Virus record (IMG/VR): IMGVR_UViG_3300010396_000010
Coordinates: 1 to 64,000 of that record
DNA from: a virus
DNA length: 64,000 nt
Reading direction: 5' to 3' (one strand)
Shown here: piece after piece, positions 36,490-46,253 of the stretch
Numbering within the stretch: the first letter of the stretch is position 1
Layout of the letters: every line of letters starts with the position of its first letter
Translations under genes and position numbers: made by a program
The notes under the pieces: generated by a model
What the model saw: only the letters and a program-made list of their open reading frames with translations
Told to the model about the DNA's origin: nothing
Database searches by the model: none

Positions 36490-36499
36490 GTGTCGCCTC

Positions 36500-38086
36500 C
36501 TAGTCAATCACGATGTACGTGAATCCATAGACGGTGTTGCCCTGACTCGCCGTAGGCGCGGTCTGGCAGGACACGGTAAAGTCGGTAGTGGTGGTGAGCG
36601 AGGGGTTCAGGTAGATCCCCAAGGCAATCGTTGCGCCGGTTGCCTCGTGGATCACGACTTTGGGCGCAGCGGTGAAGGCGTGGGCAAAGGTGATCTTGAT
36701 CAGTGCTGCCGCTGATGGGCTGGTGCCAGTGCCAAAGGTGACGAATCCCCGCATGGATGATCCGGTCAGCACCGCAGCGGGCGGGCTGGTCCCCGCGCCC
36801 GTTTGCATCGCCGCCGAGCAGTTCGCGGTTTCCTGATGCCGCACACGCCCCCATGCATCCACAATGAAACCGGGATTATCACTGCTATCATGGGCTTCAA
36901 TGAGGTTATTGGTTTGCCCGCCGAAGTAGCCCCTGGTGGTCAGCGGCACTTGATCCGCTGGCGGCACGACATTGACCTTGCCGACGAACTGATAGCGCGA
37001 GTTCGCACTTGGCCCCGCGTCGGCATGCTCGAAGTAGGCCAAGCGATTGAATCCGCTCGGCGTGCCGCCGATGCCGGTAGGCGACGTGGAGCGATAATTA
37101 TGAATCTCCACATCGTTGTTGTCGCCCGCGTTCGTATAGTCGATGGCGAATCCACTAAAGCCATCGCACCGAGCGCGGATGCGACAGGAGGTGGTGCCGT
37201 CACTGGCAAGACCCAGGACGATGCCACTGGATGCCACGCCCGCGCCGAAAAACCAGCAATCATCAATCTGGACGAAGCCCGCACGAATCAGGCATTGCGC
37301 GATGGTCGCGCCCTCGCCGAGGCAGCCGACCATCTTTACGGTGGTGTTGCAGTAATACTGGTAGCCTACCGCTCCGCCCCAACAGTGTGTGCCGACGATG
37401 ATAAGCCCCGTTGCCGCAGCGCCAGCGGCATAGATGCCATAGTTCGCGTTGGTCGTGCCATTGAGGAAGACCTGGCCGTTGACCATGACGCTATCATGGG
37501 GGCCATTCCAGTTGATCCCATGCCCGCCGCAGTCATGTATTTTAAAATTATTGACATGCGCTTCCATCGAGTCAACGCCAGGACTGCTGCTCGACGTGGA
37601 CCACTCCGAATAGATGCCATGTGAGGCCATATTGCGAATGCGCAGGTTTTCCAACAAGAAGCCATAGCCATAGATGCTCATGCCGCGCCCGCTGGTATTG
37701 CCCGCTTTATTGCCGTCCAGCGTCAGATCGCGGATGGCGAAGTTCGACACGCCACCAGTGGTGTTGCCCCCAACCAACGTGTCAAAGTTATTGCTTTTAA
37801 TCATGTCGCAATTGCTGCCAGATTTCAGTTTGATGACCGTATTGCCATAGCCTGTCCCCGCCAGTTCCACATTGTTATATTTGGGCAGGGAGGCGCTAGT
37901 GATATAGGGGGTGGTTTGCCCGCGCCCTGGCACCAGCACACGCCCGCCCCCTGCGGCATTGGCCGCACTGAGTGCATTGAGAAACGGCGTCGTATCATCA
38001 TGGCTGCCATCGCCCTGCGCCTGGAAGTCGCGCACATTGTAATCGCGCTGGGAGACTTGTTGTACCAGCAGTCCGGTGTTGGGCAT
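36500..38086 (-). CDS. right-handed beta-helix spike/depolymerase (pectate lyase 3-like)
   Basis: YNVRDFQAQGDGSHDDT..GGGRVLVP, IRDLTLDGNK; beta-helix periodicity. Confidence 0.85.
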   Translation of the reverse strand: MPNTGLLVQQVSQRDYNVRDFQAQGDGSHDDTTPFLNALSAANAAGGGRVLVPGRGQTTPYITSASLPKYNNVELAGTGYGNTVIKLKSGSNCDMIKSNNFDTLVGGNTTGGVSNFAIRDLTLDGNKAGNTSGRGMSIYGYGFLLENLRIRNMASHGIYSEWSTSSSSPGVDSMEAHVNNFKIHDCGGHGINWNGPHDSVMVNGQVFLNGTTNANYGIYAAGAAATGLIIVGTHCWGGAVGYQYYCNTTVKMVGCLGEGATIAQCLIRAGFVQIDDCWFFGAGVASSGIVLGLASDGTTSCRIRARCDGFSGFAIDYTNAGDNNDVEIHNYRSTSPTGIGGTPSGFNRLAYFEHADAGPSANSRYQFVGKVNVVPPADQVPLTTRGYFGGQTNNLIEAHDSSDNPGFIVDAWGRVRHQETANCSAAMQTGAGTSPPAAVLTGSSMRGFVTFGTGTSPSAAALIKITFAHAFTAAPKVVIHEATGATIALGIYLNPSLTTTTDFTVSCQTAPTASQGNTVYGFTYIVID

Positions 38087-38087
38087 C

Positions 38088-38552
38088 TTACACTCTCCCG
38101 ATCAAGACAATCGGCGTCGCGCCAGTATTGACATTCTGTGCGGCAACCGTAAAGAGATGCACCACTGTCACCGGCCAGTCCCACCACACCTGAGCGCCGG
38201 GGACCAGCAGAAAGGTGCTGGCGCTGGCGGCAGCATCAAGGTTGTAAAAGACATTCGCGCCGGTGTTGTTCTGGATCGTCCAATGGTTGACGGTCGCGCC
38301 AAAGGTTGCCGAGGTGTCGGTGTTTGCCACCGTCACATTGCTTGGCACCGTGACGGTGGTATTCGCCCCAGCGGTGATGTTCGTCTGTTGCACCAGCATT
38401 GGCGCGACGGGTTGCCCCGCGTTGCTGACCACCGTTCCGGCCTGGAACGCCACGAACTGCTGCCCCGCCACGTCGAACAGCCCTTGAAAGGCAACTGTCT
38501 GCCCATTACCATTACCCAGCGGCAGCGGCGCGGTATACGTGTTTGTTGTCAT
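38088..38552 (-). CDS. small virion beta-rich protein
   Basis: Thr/Val/Ala-rich ORF in the head region. Confidence 0.55.
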   Translation of the reverse strand: MTTNTYTAPLPLGNGNGQTVAFQGLFDVAGQQFVAFQAGTVVSNAGQPVAPMLVQQTNITAGANTTVTVPSNVTVANTDTSATFGATVNHWTIQNNTGANVFYNLDAAASASTFLLVPGAQVWWDWPVTVVHLFTVAAQNVNTGATPIVLIGRV

Positions 38553-38562
38553 ACGTCCATCC

Positions 38563-39087
38563 TTACCACTGCTGCTTGTTCATCTGAAACTGCGCCTGTT
38601 TCGGTTTGCCATCACTATTGGGGAGCAAGTTACCGGATGCATAATAAGCAACGCGATTGACGGTGGTAGCCCATCCCGCCGAGATACACCCCATTGCCAC
38701 GAGGTTAATGTCCCCGCGTTCGAGCATGCCCATCATCGCATCGTAGCTGTTTTGCAATGCCGCCGAGCGTTTGCCCAGATCTTCTTCACCCGACTCGAAC
38801 CGCGTGTGTTCCACGAACGCTGCCGCGCCGAGGGCGCACGTCTCTTGCAGGAGCGGCATGATCGCCGCCCCGGCTGGCGGAGGCACTATCACACCCGCTT
38901 TGAGCAACACGGCGTCAATTTCCCGGCTGATATAGACGAGGAATTGATGCACCTGGCGCATGTTCACCGCGTCATCGGCTTCAATCCGCATCGACACGAA
39001 GTGGGATTGCACCGCCTGGATGTCCGCGTAGACACCGTTGTTGGGCGACGTAAAGATCGTGTCGCTCACGCTATAGGGATAGGACAT
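38563..39087 (-). CDS. head-tail adaptor (gp15/Mu gp36-like)
   Basis: YADIQAV..ISREIDAVL..VPP..LGAAA pattern. Confidence 0.65.
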   Translation of the reverse strand: MSYPYSVSDTIFTSPNNGVYADIQAVQSHFVSMRIEADDAVNMRQVHQFLVYISREIDAVLLKAGVIVPPPAGAAIMPLLQETCALGAAAFVEHTRFESGEEDLGKRSAALQNSYDAMMGMLERGDINLVAMGCISAGWATTVNRVAYYASGNLLPNSDGKPKQAQFQMNKQQW

Positions 39088-39096
39088 GGGTGCCTC

Positions 39097-39444
39097 CTAG
39101 TAGACGCAGCGCACGATGAAGAAGCGCGAGAGGGTTTGGAATGGGGCTGAGGGGGCGCTATTCCAGGTGATGGTGACGCGATAGCCATAGCCCACCGTGA
39201 AGGCATGTAAGGTGATGGTCAGGATGTTGCCCGCAAGGGACGGCGTTCCACTGACGGTTGTGCTGGTGAGGTCCGTCCACAGATCCTCGCAGTCCAGCGG
39301 CCCGCCCATGACCTTGATCACCTGGCCGTTGATGCTGCCCCCGGCAAGATAACTGGTCAGATCGACGGTCTGGATCACCTGCATGGCGCTATTGGCCTCG
39401 ATGGCCGAGAAGGGCAGTTCGAGCAGTGAACGAGTCCAAGGCAT
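39097..39444 (-). CDS. virion structural protein
   Basis: Beta-rich; coupled in operon. Confidence 0.5.
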   Translation of the reverse strand: MPWTRSLLELPFSAIEANSAMQVIQTVDLTSYLAGGSINGQVIKVMGGPLDCEDLWTDLTSTTVSGTPSLAGNILTITLHAFTVGYGYRVTITWNSAPSAPFQTLSRFFIVRCVY

Positions 39445-39893
39445 TACTGACTCCTCAGCACGACACCAACCGTGATCAGACCACTTGTCGGCTGAACCGT
39501 GAATGCCACGCGGAAACTGACGTAGGGATAGGCGTGCTGGAGATTGGCAAGAGTGCTAAACGTTGTCCAGTTCTTCGTGAGCGTATTGACCGACTGCCCC
39601 GCGCCCTGTGACTGCATATCGGAGGTGAGTCCCGTAAAACTTGCCAGCATCGTGACCGTTGCGGTCTGATCGGTTTGGTTATTGACATAGAGCAGCTTGG
39701 GACCGGAGAATTGCCGACAGTCCACCAGAATAAAGTTCGCTGCATCCGTTGACGGATCGTGGTTGGCTGTGTCTCGAATTGCCACGCCCGCTGGAGGGGT
39801 GATGTAGAATGGAGCGGCCAGTGTTGATGCAATGGCGGCTAAATCGTTCGGTGGCGCGTATCGCGTGTCCAGTGGGTTTGCGAGGGTAATCAT
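39444..39893 (-). CDS. virion structural protein
   Basis: Beta-rich; resembles the adjacent gene (YVNNQTDQ vs FVVNGLNA; PTSG vs PSSG). Confidence 0.5.
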   Translation of the reverse strand: MITLANPLDTRYAPPNDLAAIASTLAAPFYITPPAGVAIRDTANHDPSTDAANFILVDCRQFSGPKLLYVNNQTDQTATVTMLASFTGLTSDMQSQGAGQSVNTLTKNWTTFSTLANLQHAYPYVSFRVAFTVQPTSGLITVGVVLRSQ

Positions 39894-39902
39894 GATGAAC
39901 TC

Positions 39903-40325
39903 CTAGCAGCTTCGCGCCGTAATATAGGTGGTGACGCTGCCGCTGGATGGGGTACTCTGTGCGATCACCCGCACACTGAGGTAGCCCAACGGGTCCATCA
40001 ACTGCGGCCACGTCTGCGGATCGATGATCTGCGTGGTGGCAGCCTTGACGAGCATCGGTGGGCCAAAGGCTACCGGATCAATCGTGGTGAGTGGCGTTCC
40101 CATCAACTGTATGCTGATGTCGGCATTCAAGCCATTGACGACAAAGACGAGGCGATAGCCACCTAGCAGCGTGCAGTTCGCAACCGCGACGCCCGCATTG
40201 GAGGTGGGGTCATAGGTGGCGGTGTCGCGGATCGCCAGTGCAGCGATCACCTGCTGCACCACCACTTTGGCCTGAGAGACATCGCCGGGATCGGTGCCGA
40301 CGAGGATGGTTCCAAGGATGGACAT
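39903..40325 (-). CDS. virion structural protein
   Basis: GGAGG RBS; beta-rich. Confidence 0.5.
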   Translation of the reverse strand: MSILGTILVGTDPGDVSQAKVVVQQVIAALAIRDTATYDPTSNAGVAVANCTLLGGYRLVFVVNGLNADISIQLMGTPLTTIDPVAFGPPMLVKAATTQIIDPQTWPQLMDPLGYLSVRVIAQSTPSSGSVTTYITARSC

Positions 40326-40346
40326 AGCGACCTCCTAGCGACGCGG

Positions 40347-40757
40347 CTAGGCGTCGTCCCCTTCTTCGTCCGTAGGCTGGGGATCATCCACTGGACCTGT
40401 GTGTTCCTCGGCCTCAGCGATGTTCGCCAGGCGTGCCGCTTCGGCGGTATCCTGGGTGCGGGCCTCGTGCGCTTCCAGGCGTGCGCGTTGCTCTGGCGTC
40501 AGGTTCAGGAACCGCTTCCAGATGTCCGACATTTCGGTTTTTGTGAGGCCGCGCATGCCCAACTGGCGTTGCGCATATGCCTGTTGTTCGAGGATTTCCT
40601 GCGCATCCGGGCCTTCGAGCCAACCGCCCTTGCGCAGTTCTTTGATTTGTTCGTCGCTGACTTCTGGGCCAAAGGTGATGCTATCGCCCTTCTGGTAGAG
40701 TTGATGATTGAGGTTGATGGGCTGCACCACCAGATGTGTGCGCTTGATACGAGCCAT
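40347..40757 (-). CDS. hypothetical head-region protein
   Basis: YQKGDSI motif of small post-capsid proteins. Confidence 0.55.
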   Translation of the reverse strand: MARIKRTHLVVQPINLNHQLYQKGDSITFGPEVSDEQIKELRKGGWLEGPDAQEILEQQAYAQRQLGMRGLTKTEMSDIWKRFLNLTPEQRARLEAHEARTQDTAEAARLANIAEAEEHTGPVDDPQPTDEEGDDA

Positions 40758-40771
40758 AGCGGAGTTCCTTT

Positions 40772-41092
40772 CTAGTGGCCGAGGGTGATATTGGCCGTGC
40801 GGCTCGCCGCGTCGGCTTTGAGATAGATATTCGTCGCATCCGGCGCAGCCGATTGCTGAATATTCCCTGCCGAGGTCATGACAATGCCATAGATGACGGG
40901 GGTATAGGTCAGTCCGTGCGCCACTGCGACCTGAACGGTGCCGATTGCCCCGCTGGCAAGCAGTGTGTGCAATGGCGCTGGGGTCGGCACCGCGCCGCCA
41001 AAGGTGGGCGCGGTTTGCCCTGTCGCCGCTTCCAGGGCTTCAAAGCGGCGTTCCAGGTAGGATGGCTCACTATTCGCCTGAGTATTCGGCAT
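40772..41092 (-). CDS. head fibre/decoration-like protein
   Basis: VAHGLTYTP motif; GGAGG RBS. Confidence 0.55.
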   Translation of the reverse strand: MPNTQANSEPSYLERRFEALEAATGQTAPTFGGAVPTPAPLHTLLASGAIGTVQVAVAHGLTYTPVIYGIVMTSAGNIQQSAAPDATNIYLKADAASRTANITLGH

Positions 41093-41104
41093 GGGGTGTT
41101 CCTC

Positions 41105-42049
41105 CTACGCGATACAGGTGCCAAAGAGGTAGCCGCTCAGGGGGGCAACCGTCTTAATGACGTAGGTGATGCTGACCTCAACGTAGGTGCCTTTGCGTTC
41201 TTCGCTGCGATAGGTGCGCGTCGCAAAGCCCGTCGCGCCCGTTGTGCTATCGGGTGCCGCGAACATATAGGCCAGCGAAACACTTTTGAGGGTGGGCGTC
41301 GGGTTCAGGTACATCACAATCGCGTTCTTGCCCCAAATGGAGGCACCAGAGAAGGCGCGACCTTCGACGGCGCTATCGTAGACGGAACTCGGTTCAATGA
41401 CGCGCAAGCCCCGCACGATACCCGGCAAGCCGCTCTCATTCAAGCTCTTCGGGTCGGTGTACTTGATGAGATCCTTGATCTGCGGATGGTCCGCCAGCAC
41501 CAGGGACACATCGTAGGGCGAGACAAAGGTGTTGGCGCGTTTCATCACGCCGAAGCGCACGCCGACCTTGGCGGCTTTCAGGTTGGTGAGCGGCGTCGAG
41601 TTGGCGTAGTCACTCCACTGCGCCGTTCCCGCCAGCGCCGTGTTCTGCGTCAGGTTGGCGGTGTTGGTGACGTAGGTGGCGATCTCATATTCAATCGCGG
41701 CTTGGATGTTATCGGTGATCATCTGCGTGGCGTCGATCTGCTCGTTGAGGGGCGCGTCCTGCTCCATCTCGTTATCATCGAGGATCAGGTGGCGCTCGGT
41801 GCGCTCTTGGGCCATGAACGAGCTCGTGGTCAGCGTATAGTTGAAATCGTTCGCAAGGCCACTCGGCATGCGGCGCAGATCGCGGTAGCGGAAGTTTTCT
41901 TTCCCGTACACGAACCACACGTCGCTGCGCTTTTTGACGGGGACCATCGGCACGACCTGATTTCCCACGTACTCCTCGTTCAGGAACGCTTGGGAGAAAT
42001 TGGTCAATGCCTGGTCGATATGGATCTGTGTTGCCTGGGGTGACGGCAT
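41105..42049 (-). CDS. major capsid protein (phage cap E-like)
   Basis: IDQALTNFSQAF, VVPMVPV, QWSD..PL, HPQI and YLFGTCI motifs; 314 aa. Confidence 0.9.
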   Translation of the reverse strand: MPSPQATQIHIDQALTNFSQAFLNEEYVGNQVVPMVPVKKRSDVWFVYGKENFRYRDLRRMPSGLANDFNYTLTTSSFMAQERTERHLILDDNEMEQDAPLNEQIDATQMITDNIQAAIEYEIATYVTNTANLTQNTALAGTAQWSDYANSTPLTNLKAAKVGVRFGVMKRANTFVSPYDVSLVLADHPQIKDLIKYTDPKSLNESGLPGIVRGLRVIEPSSVYDSAVEGRAFSGASIWGKNAIVMYLNPTPTLKSVSLAYMFAAPDSTTGATGFATRTYRSEERKGTYVEVSITYVIKTVAPLSGYLFGTCIA

Positions 42050-42067
42050 GGGTCACGCTCCTTTCCG

Positions 42068-42547
42068 TTAGTAGGACACGCCAGGGGTGAGGCGCACATA
42101 GACGATATCGCCATCCGCCGACGACTCGGTGACGGCAAAGCCCACGATGGGGAAGGGCTGCGATCCCGCCGCCGTTTGCGTGGAGGCTTGCACCGTATAG
42201 ACGGTAATAGCTGCGGAATAGCCCGCTGGGGTGATGCTGATGGTGGGACCGCACTTGACGGCGTTCCCGGCGTGGATCGTGCCTTTGGCGTAGCAGCGTG
42301 CAACGCCATATTCCTGCACGCCCATGACGGTGATGTTCGCCGCTTCGGCCTCACTGCTGGGTACCGAGGGGCCAGCATCCACCTCAGCGATGCCGACAAT
42401 GACATCCGCCGCTGTGCCAGCGGGATTGGTCACCATGTAGGGGTTGCCCGATCCTTTGAGGACCACCGGAGCGCCCTGGTAGGCGGTGACAGTAGTATCC
42501 CAATAGTAGCTATTGGGCGGCAGAGGGGTATAGTTGGATGCAGCCAT
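42068..42547 (-). CDS. capsid decoration/cement protein (DUF2190-like)
   Basis: IVGIA..GTIHAGNAV..VGFAVT..ADGDIVYVRL. Confidence 0.65.
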   Translation of the reverse strand: MAASNYTPLPPNSYYWDTTVTAYQGAPVVLKGSGNPYMVTNPAGTAADVIVGIAEVDAGPSVPSSEAEAANITVMGVQEYGVARCYAKGTIHAGNAVKCGPTISITPAGYSAAITVYTVQASTQTAAGSQPFPIVGFAVTESSADGDIVYVRLTPGVSY

Positions 42548-43962
42548 TAGGCGCGTCCTCCTTTGAGTTCTTTTTCCGCCATCAACAGGGCGTCACGATG
42601 CGGCACTTTTTTTTCGCCCTTGATTTTCTCCGCCAGTTCCACCAACTGGACATCGTAGCGCACGCCATTGACGCTGCCCTGTTCGCCCGAAGTTGCGCCC
42701 GATCCGACTTCGCCCAGCGACACCGACTTGGGGCGGCTCGGAATCTCGCTCAACAGATATTCGCGGACAGGCTGTGCCATCGTTGGCACCTTTTTCTCGT
42801 AGTCTTCGCGCTGCGCCGGGGTAATGCGCCCGTCGCGGGTCGCCTTTTCCAGCATGTCGCTGAATTGCAACAGCAACCGTGTTTCGCGCTCGATGCCGAT
42901 CTGCTTCGTCGCCTCAGATAGTTGTGTTTCGAGGGCGGCACTCTTGGTTTCTGCGGCAGTCAATTTTTCACTCAGCTCGGTTTTTGCCACTTCCGCCGCC
43001 TCTGCCTTTTTGACGAGTTCGCTCAGTTGGGTTTGCATGGCTTCTTGTTTTGCCGCCATTTCGGCCAACTGCACTTCGGGGGTCTTGTCCGGCACGTTCG
43101 TACTCCTTGGGTCAGAATGGGGTTCGCTCATTGAGGATTTGCCGAGGTCACGCCAGGATTTCTCTTGAATATGGATGCCAAAGCGCCGCGCCGCGCTCTT
43201 GAGTCGCGCCCATGCCGCGTCGCGTTCGGTGTCCGAGACACCTTGCACCTGCATGAAGCGTCCCAACGCCGCTTTGACGTTGCCGGGGCGCGAGAGGATG
43301 ATTTTGCGCTGCGCGGTAAAGGCAAACGCCGAGGTCGGCATGCGATCCCGCACGCTTTGCGGGGTCGTATGCTCGTGTTCCGCCATCAGCAGCGCGGCGA
43401 TCTCGGCATCGGTGAAGGTTTGCCAGTCATCCATCCCCACAAAGTCGCTGAGCGCGGCTGGCAGGGCGTTGGGCTGGCTGTCGAGGGGTTCCACTTGCGG
43501 TTCCGCGCAGGAAATCGCTTGCATATCCTTGATGCGGGGGAAATTGGTCAAGGTGATGCCGCTCAGCACATTCTTATGGACCTGGCCGCTCTCCGGGTCT
43601 TCCCATTCGCGGTAGAGTTCCGCCGAAATGTACTTCCACGCGCCCTCATTGACTTCCCGTTCGCCGGAATCGGTGTATTTCGGTGTCGCGTAGATCGCTT
43701 CACCATCATCGGAGAGGGCAAGGTCTGTTGCCCATCCCGCAGCGCCATACTGCGGCAGGTGTTCGCGGGTAATAGGGGTGTCCTGACGCCGCACACGCGC
43801 CTTGTGGTTGGCGACGAACTCTTTCAAGTCGTCTTTGGTGACGACCAGTCGGCCAATGTCCTTGAAATTCCACGTGCCGGTGCGCAACACCTGCACTGGC
43901 TTTCCTGCTTCGCCCAGCGCAAAGGGCGCGACTAGCCCCCACCGCCCTTTGATATCGGGCAT
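42547..43962 (-). CDS. Mu gpI-like prohead protease/scaffold
   Basis: EH..AAGW..WKYISAE..ITLTNFPRIKDM, then coiled-coil scaffold with GRITPAQ. Confidence 0.85.
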   Translation of the reverse strand: MPDIKGRWGLVAPFALGEAGKPVQVLRTGTWNFKDIGRLVVTKDDLKEFVANHKARVRRQDTPITREHLPQYGAAGWATDLALSDDGEAIYATPKYTDSGEREVNEGAWKYISAELYREWEDPESGQVHKNVLSGITLTNFPRIKDMQAISCAEPQVEPLDSQPNALPAALSDFVGMDDWQTFTDAEIAALLMAEHEHTTPQSVRDRMPTSAFAFTAQRKIILSRPGNVKAALGRFMQVQGVSDTERDAAWARLKSAARRFGIHIQEKSWRDLGKSSMSEPHSDPRSTNVPDKTPEVQLAEMAAKQEAMQTQLSELVKKAEAAEVAKTELSEKLTAAETKSAALETQLSEATKQIGIERETRLLLQFSDMLEKATRDGRITPAQREDYEKKVPTMAQPVREYLLSEIPSRPKSVSLGEVGSGATSGEQGSVNGVRYDVQLVELAEKIKGEKKVPHRDALLMAEKELKGGRA

Positions 43963-43971
43963 GGCATGCTC

Positions 43972-44289
43972 CTAAGATGAATAGTCAACCGGGGGATATG
44001 AAGCGTTCCACGTGGTCAATTGCTCAATACTCGTTTCATCGAGTTGATGCATGTGCCAGTCTTCATAGCGACGGTGATCGTCTTTATTGCAGTAGAGATG
44101 TGGCACCATGACGCCCGGATTGCGTTGACCAGGCCAGACAATCATGGCAGGGTGCATGGTTTCTTGGTCGCCATCGACAAAAACCGATGCTATTTGATGT
44201 CCGGTTCGGTCAATGCGATCAACCACGACCGTCATGTTTCCCACGTGTAGGGTAAACATTTCTTTTGTCAAGCGTTCAAAAAGAGTCAT
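43972..44289 (-). CDS. hypothetical protein
   Basis: ATGA overlap with portal. Confidence 0.5.
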   Translation of the reverse strand: MTLFERLTKEMFTLHVGNMTVVVDRIDRTGHQIASVFVDGDQETMHPAMIVWPGQRNPGVMVPHLYCNKDDHRRYEDWHMHQLDETSIEQLTTWNASYPPVDYSS

Positions 44290-46001
44290 GATGCGCTCCG
44301 AATCTCATAGGGGCGTCGTTGACGCGCCGCTTTGTCCGATGGCCGCTCTGGGTGCCAGTTGAGAGCCGTGTTCTTCATGGCCTCAATTTCGCTCATGAAG
44401 GTCACATACGCCCGTTCGCGGTCCTTCTCACTCATATTGGCAACCGAATTGGCCCCCACTGCCGCGCCCCCCACGCTCTTGTTGCGCATCTTGGGACGGG
44501 GAGCGACCGCCCGTTGCACCTGACTGCCCTTGCCGCCACTGGCAGCACCCTTGGCCTTGGCGGATTGTGGCTGTTGGCTGTCATCCGGTGTGCTATTCGG
44601 CTTCGTGGTATTCAACAAGGTATCGTTAGCAGCCTGGGCGGTCGCTTCCAGGGCGTCCATTGCGACTTGCTGGTGATAGTCCTCGTCGCGCTCTGGTAGG
44701 TCCATGATGGCGCGTAGCACGTTCTCCGTGCGGGGGTCGGGACTGAGGAACCCGTACTGCGCGAAGGCGTTGAGCGCCATCGCCATGTTGTTCAATGCCC
44801 GTTGGCCGATGTCACCGTGCGCCAGGCGCGGCATCTTCGAGCGGTCCACGTTGGGGAAGTTATGTTCAAGCAACTGCATAGTCGCCTGTAAGTGAAACTC
44901 CGACGCCACGTAGTTTGCTTCGCCATTCAGGGCATCGAGGAACATTTGCGATTGCGCCTCGGATAACGCATACGAGCCGGTGGTGCCGCTACTGCGCGTC
45001 CCCAGGTTCACGAACTGCGCTAGGCCGCTCTTGATGATCTGTTCGTCGTGGTGTTCAATCGCCAACTGCAAGGCTTCCGCGTTAAACTTGCCGTCCAGAA
45101 AACCGATCTCGACCTCGTTGCCATCGAACGCCACATATGCCTGATCATCAATGCGCAGGTTGGTGAGCATGCTTTTCACGTACTCGATGGTCGCGGGAGC
45201 GACATCCATCAAATACCGTGCATACGGCACACCCACTGCTGCTCGTTCCAGACCGATCCCCTGAATTTTATAGAGGATATCCTTGATCAACCAATGCTTA
45301 TAGGTGGGACGTAAGAGGCTGATGCCGTCGAGGTTATCGCCCTCTTTGTTGTGACTGAACACTACCAACTTCGCAGCGGGGATATCCGTCATGTGGTAAT
45401 CGGGCGGAGCGAGCTGGGTCATGCTCGTAAAGCGGCGATGAATCACGCCACCGGGGCCACGCACCGGATCGAAGTTCCAGCGCCAGCGCGTGTTTTGGTA
45501 GCGATAGGCGAACTTGAACCAGCCCAGTTTGCCCTCCCACTCGCCCTCCATCCAGTCGAAGACCTTCTCAAACACCGAGAACCCAAAGGGCAGATAGTTG
45601 AATGCCTCTCGCGCAAAGCCATCAAATGTCTGATCGCCATAACTCCATAGGTTGTCATGCAGAAAGTCTGCCATGCGGATGCTAGCGGGTGAATCATCGA
45701 ATGGCTGGATATACCACTTACTCGACCGGAGCGGCATGCAGTACGAAGCAATGAGTGCTGCCACCGTCGCATCGGATCGGCGCATCTGGTCATAGACAAT
45801 CGGGGCTTGATAGGCGCTTAGTGCGGGAAGATACTCATCACTGATGATGCCAGAAAAGTTCTTGGTGCCAGAAACGCCACTCTCGGACAGCATTTGCGAG
45901 ATGGGTTTGCCGCCCACATCCTGGCGCGGCTTCGGCGTGGATGCCCGACTGGCTCGGCGCTTCGGCTTGGCCGGTGCCGCGTCGTCTATCGCTATTGCCA
46001 T
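44286..46001 (-). CDS. portal protein (DUF935/Mu gp29-like)
   Basis: YDQMRRSD, FGFSVFEKV, GISLLRPTY, GIGLERAAVGVP and GSYALS motifs. Confidence 0.9.
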   Translation of the reverse strand: MAIAIDDAAPAKPKRRASRASTPKPRQDVGGKPISQMLSESGVSGTKNFSGIISDEYLPALSAYQAPIVYDQMRRSDATVAALIASYCMPLRSSKWYIQPFDDSPASIRMADFLHDNLWSYGDQTFDGFAREAFNYLPFGFSVFEKVFDWMEGEWEGKLGWFKFAYRYQNTRWRWNFDPVRGPGGVIHRRFTSMTQLAPPDYHMTDIPAAKLVVFSHNKEGDNLDGISLLRPTYKHWLIKDILYKIQGIGLERAAVGVPYARYLMDVAPATIEYVKSMLTNLRIDDQAYVAFDGNEVEIGFLDGKFNAEALQLAIEHHDEQIIKSGLAQFVNLGTRSSGTTGSYALSEAQSQMFLDALNGEANYVASEFHLQATMQLLEHNFPNVDRSKMPRLAHGDIGQRALNNMAMALNAFAQYGFLSPDPRTENVLRAIMDLPERDEDYHQQVAMDALEATAQAANDTLLNTTKPNSTPDDSQQPQSAKAKGAASGGKGSQVQRAVAPRPKMRNKSVGGAAVGANSVANMSEKDRERAYVTFMSEIEAMKNTALNWHPERPSDKAARQRRPYEIRSAS

Positions 46002-46003
46002 GC

Positions 46004-46240
46004 CTACACCTCATCCAGTTCGACCACGTGATGCTTGAAGGCGTAGACCATCAGCCCCACGCGGTTGCGCACGCCTACTTTGCTCAGCAGCACACCAATA
46101 TAATTCTTGACGGTTTTTCCGGCTAATCCCATATCTTTGCCGATCTCATCCTGGTTCTTCCCTTGCGCTAACCCCAGGATGATATGGATGTCCGTCGCGT
46201 TCAGCGCCTTTAATCGCTCACGACACTGCGCACAATGCAT
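46004..46240 (-). CDS. stand-alone LuxR/GerE HTH regulator
   Basis: LAQGKNQDEIG..LAGKTVKNYIGVLLSKVGVRNR. Confidence 0.85.
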   Translation of the reverse strand: MHCAQCRERLKALNATDIHIILGLAQGKNQDEIGKDMGLAGKTVKNYIGVLLSKVGVRNRVGLMVYAFKHHVVELDEV

Positions 46241-46253
46241 AGCGATCCACTTT

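Noticed and set aside
40775-42043. 422-aa plus-strand ORF (and similar ORFs opposite TMP and tail genes)
   Set aside because: Antisense shadows of GC-rich structural genes; no motifs or RBS.
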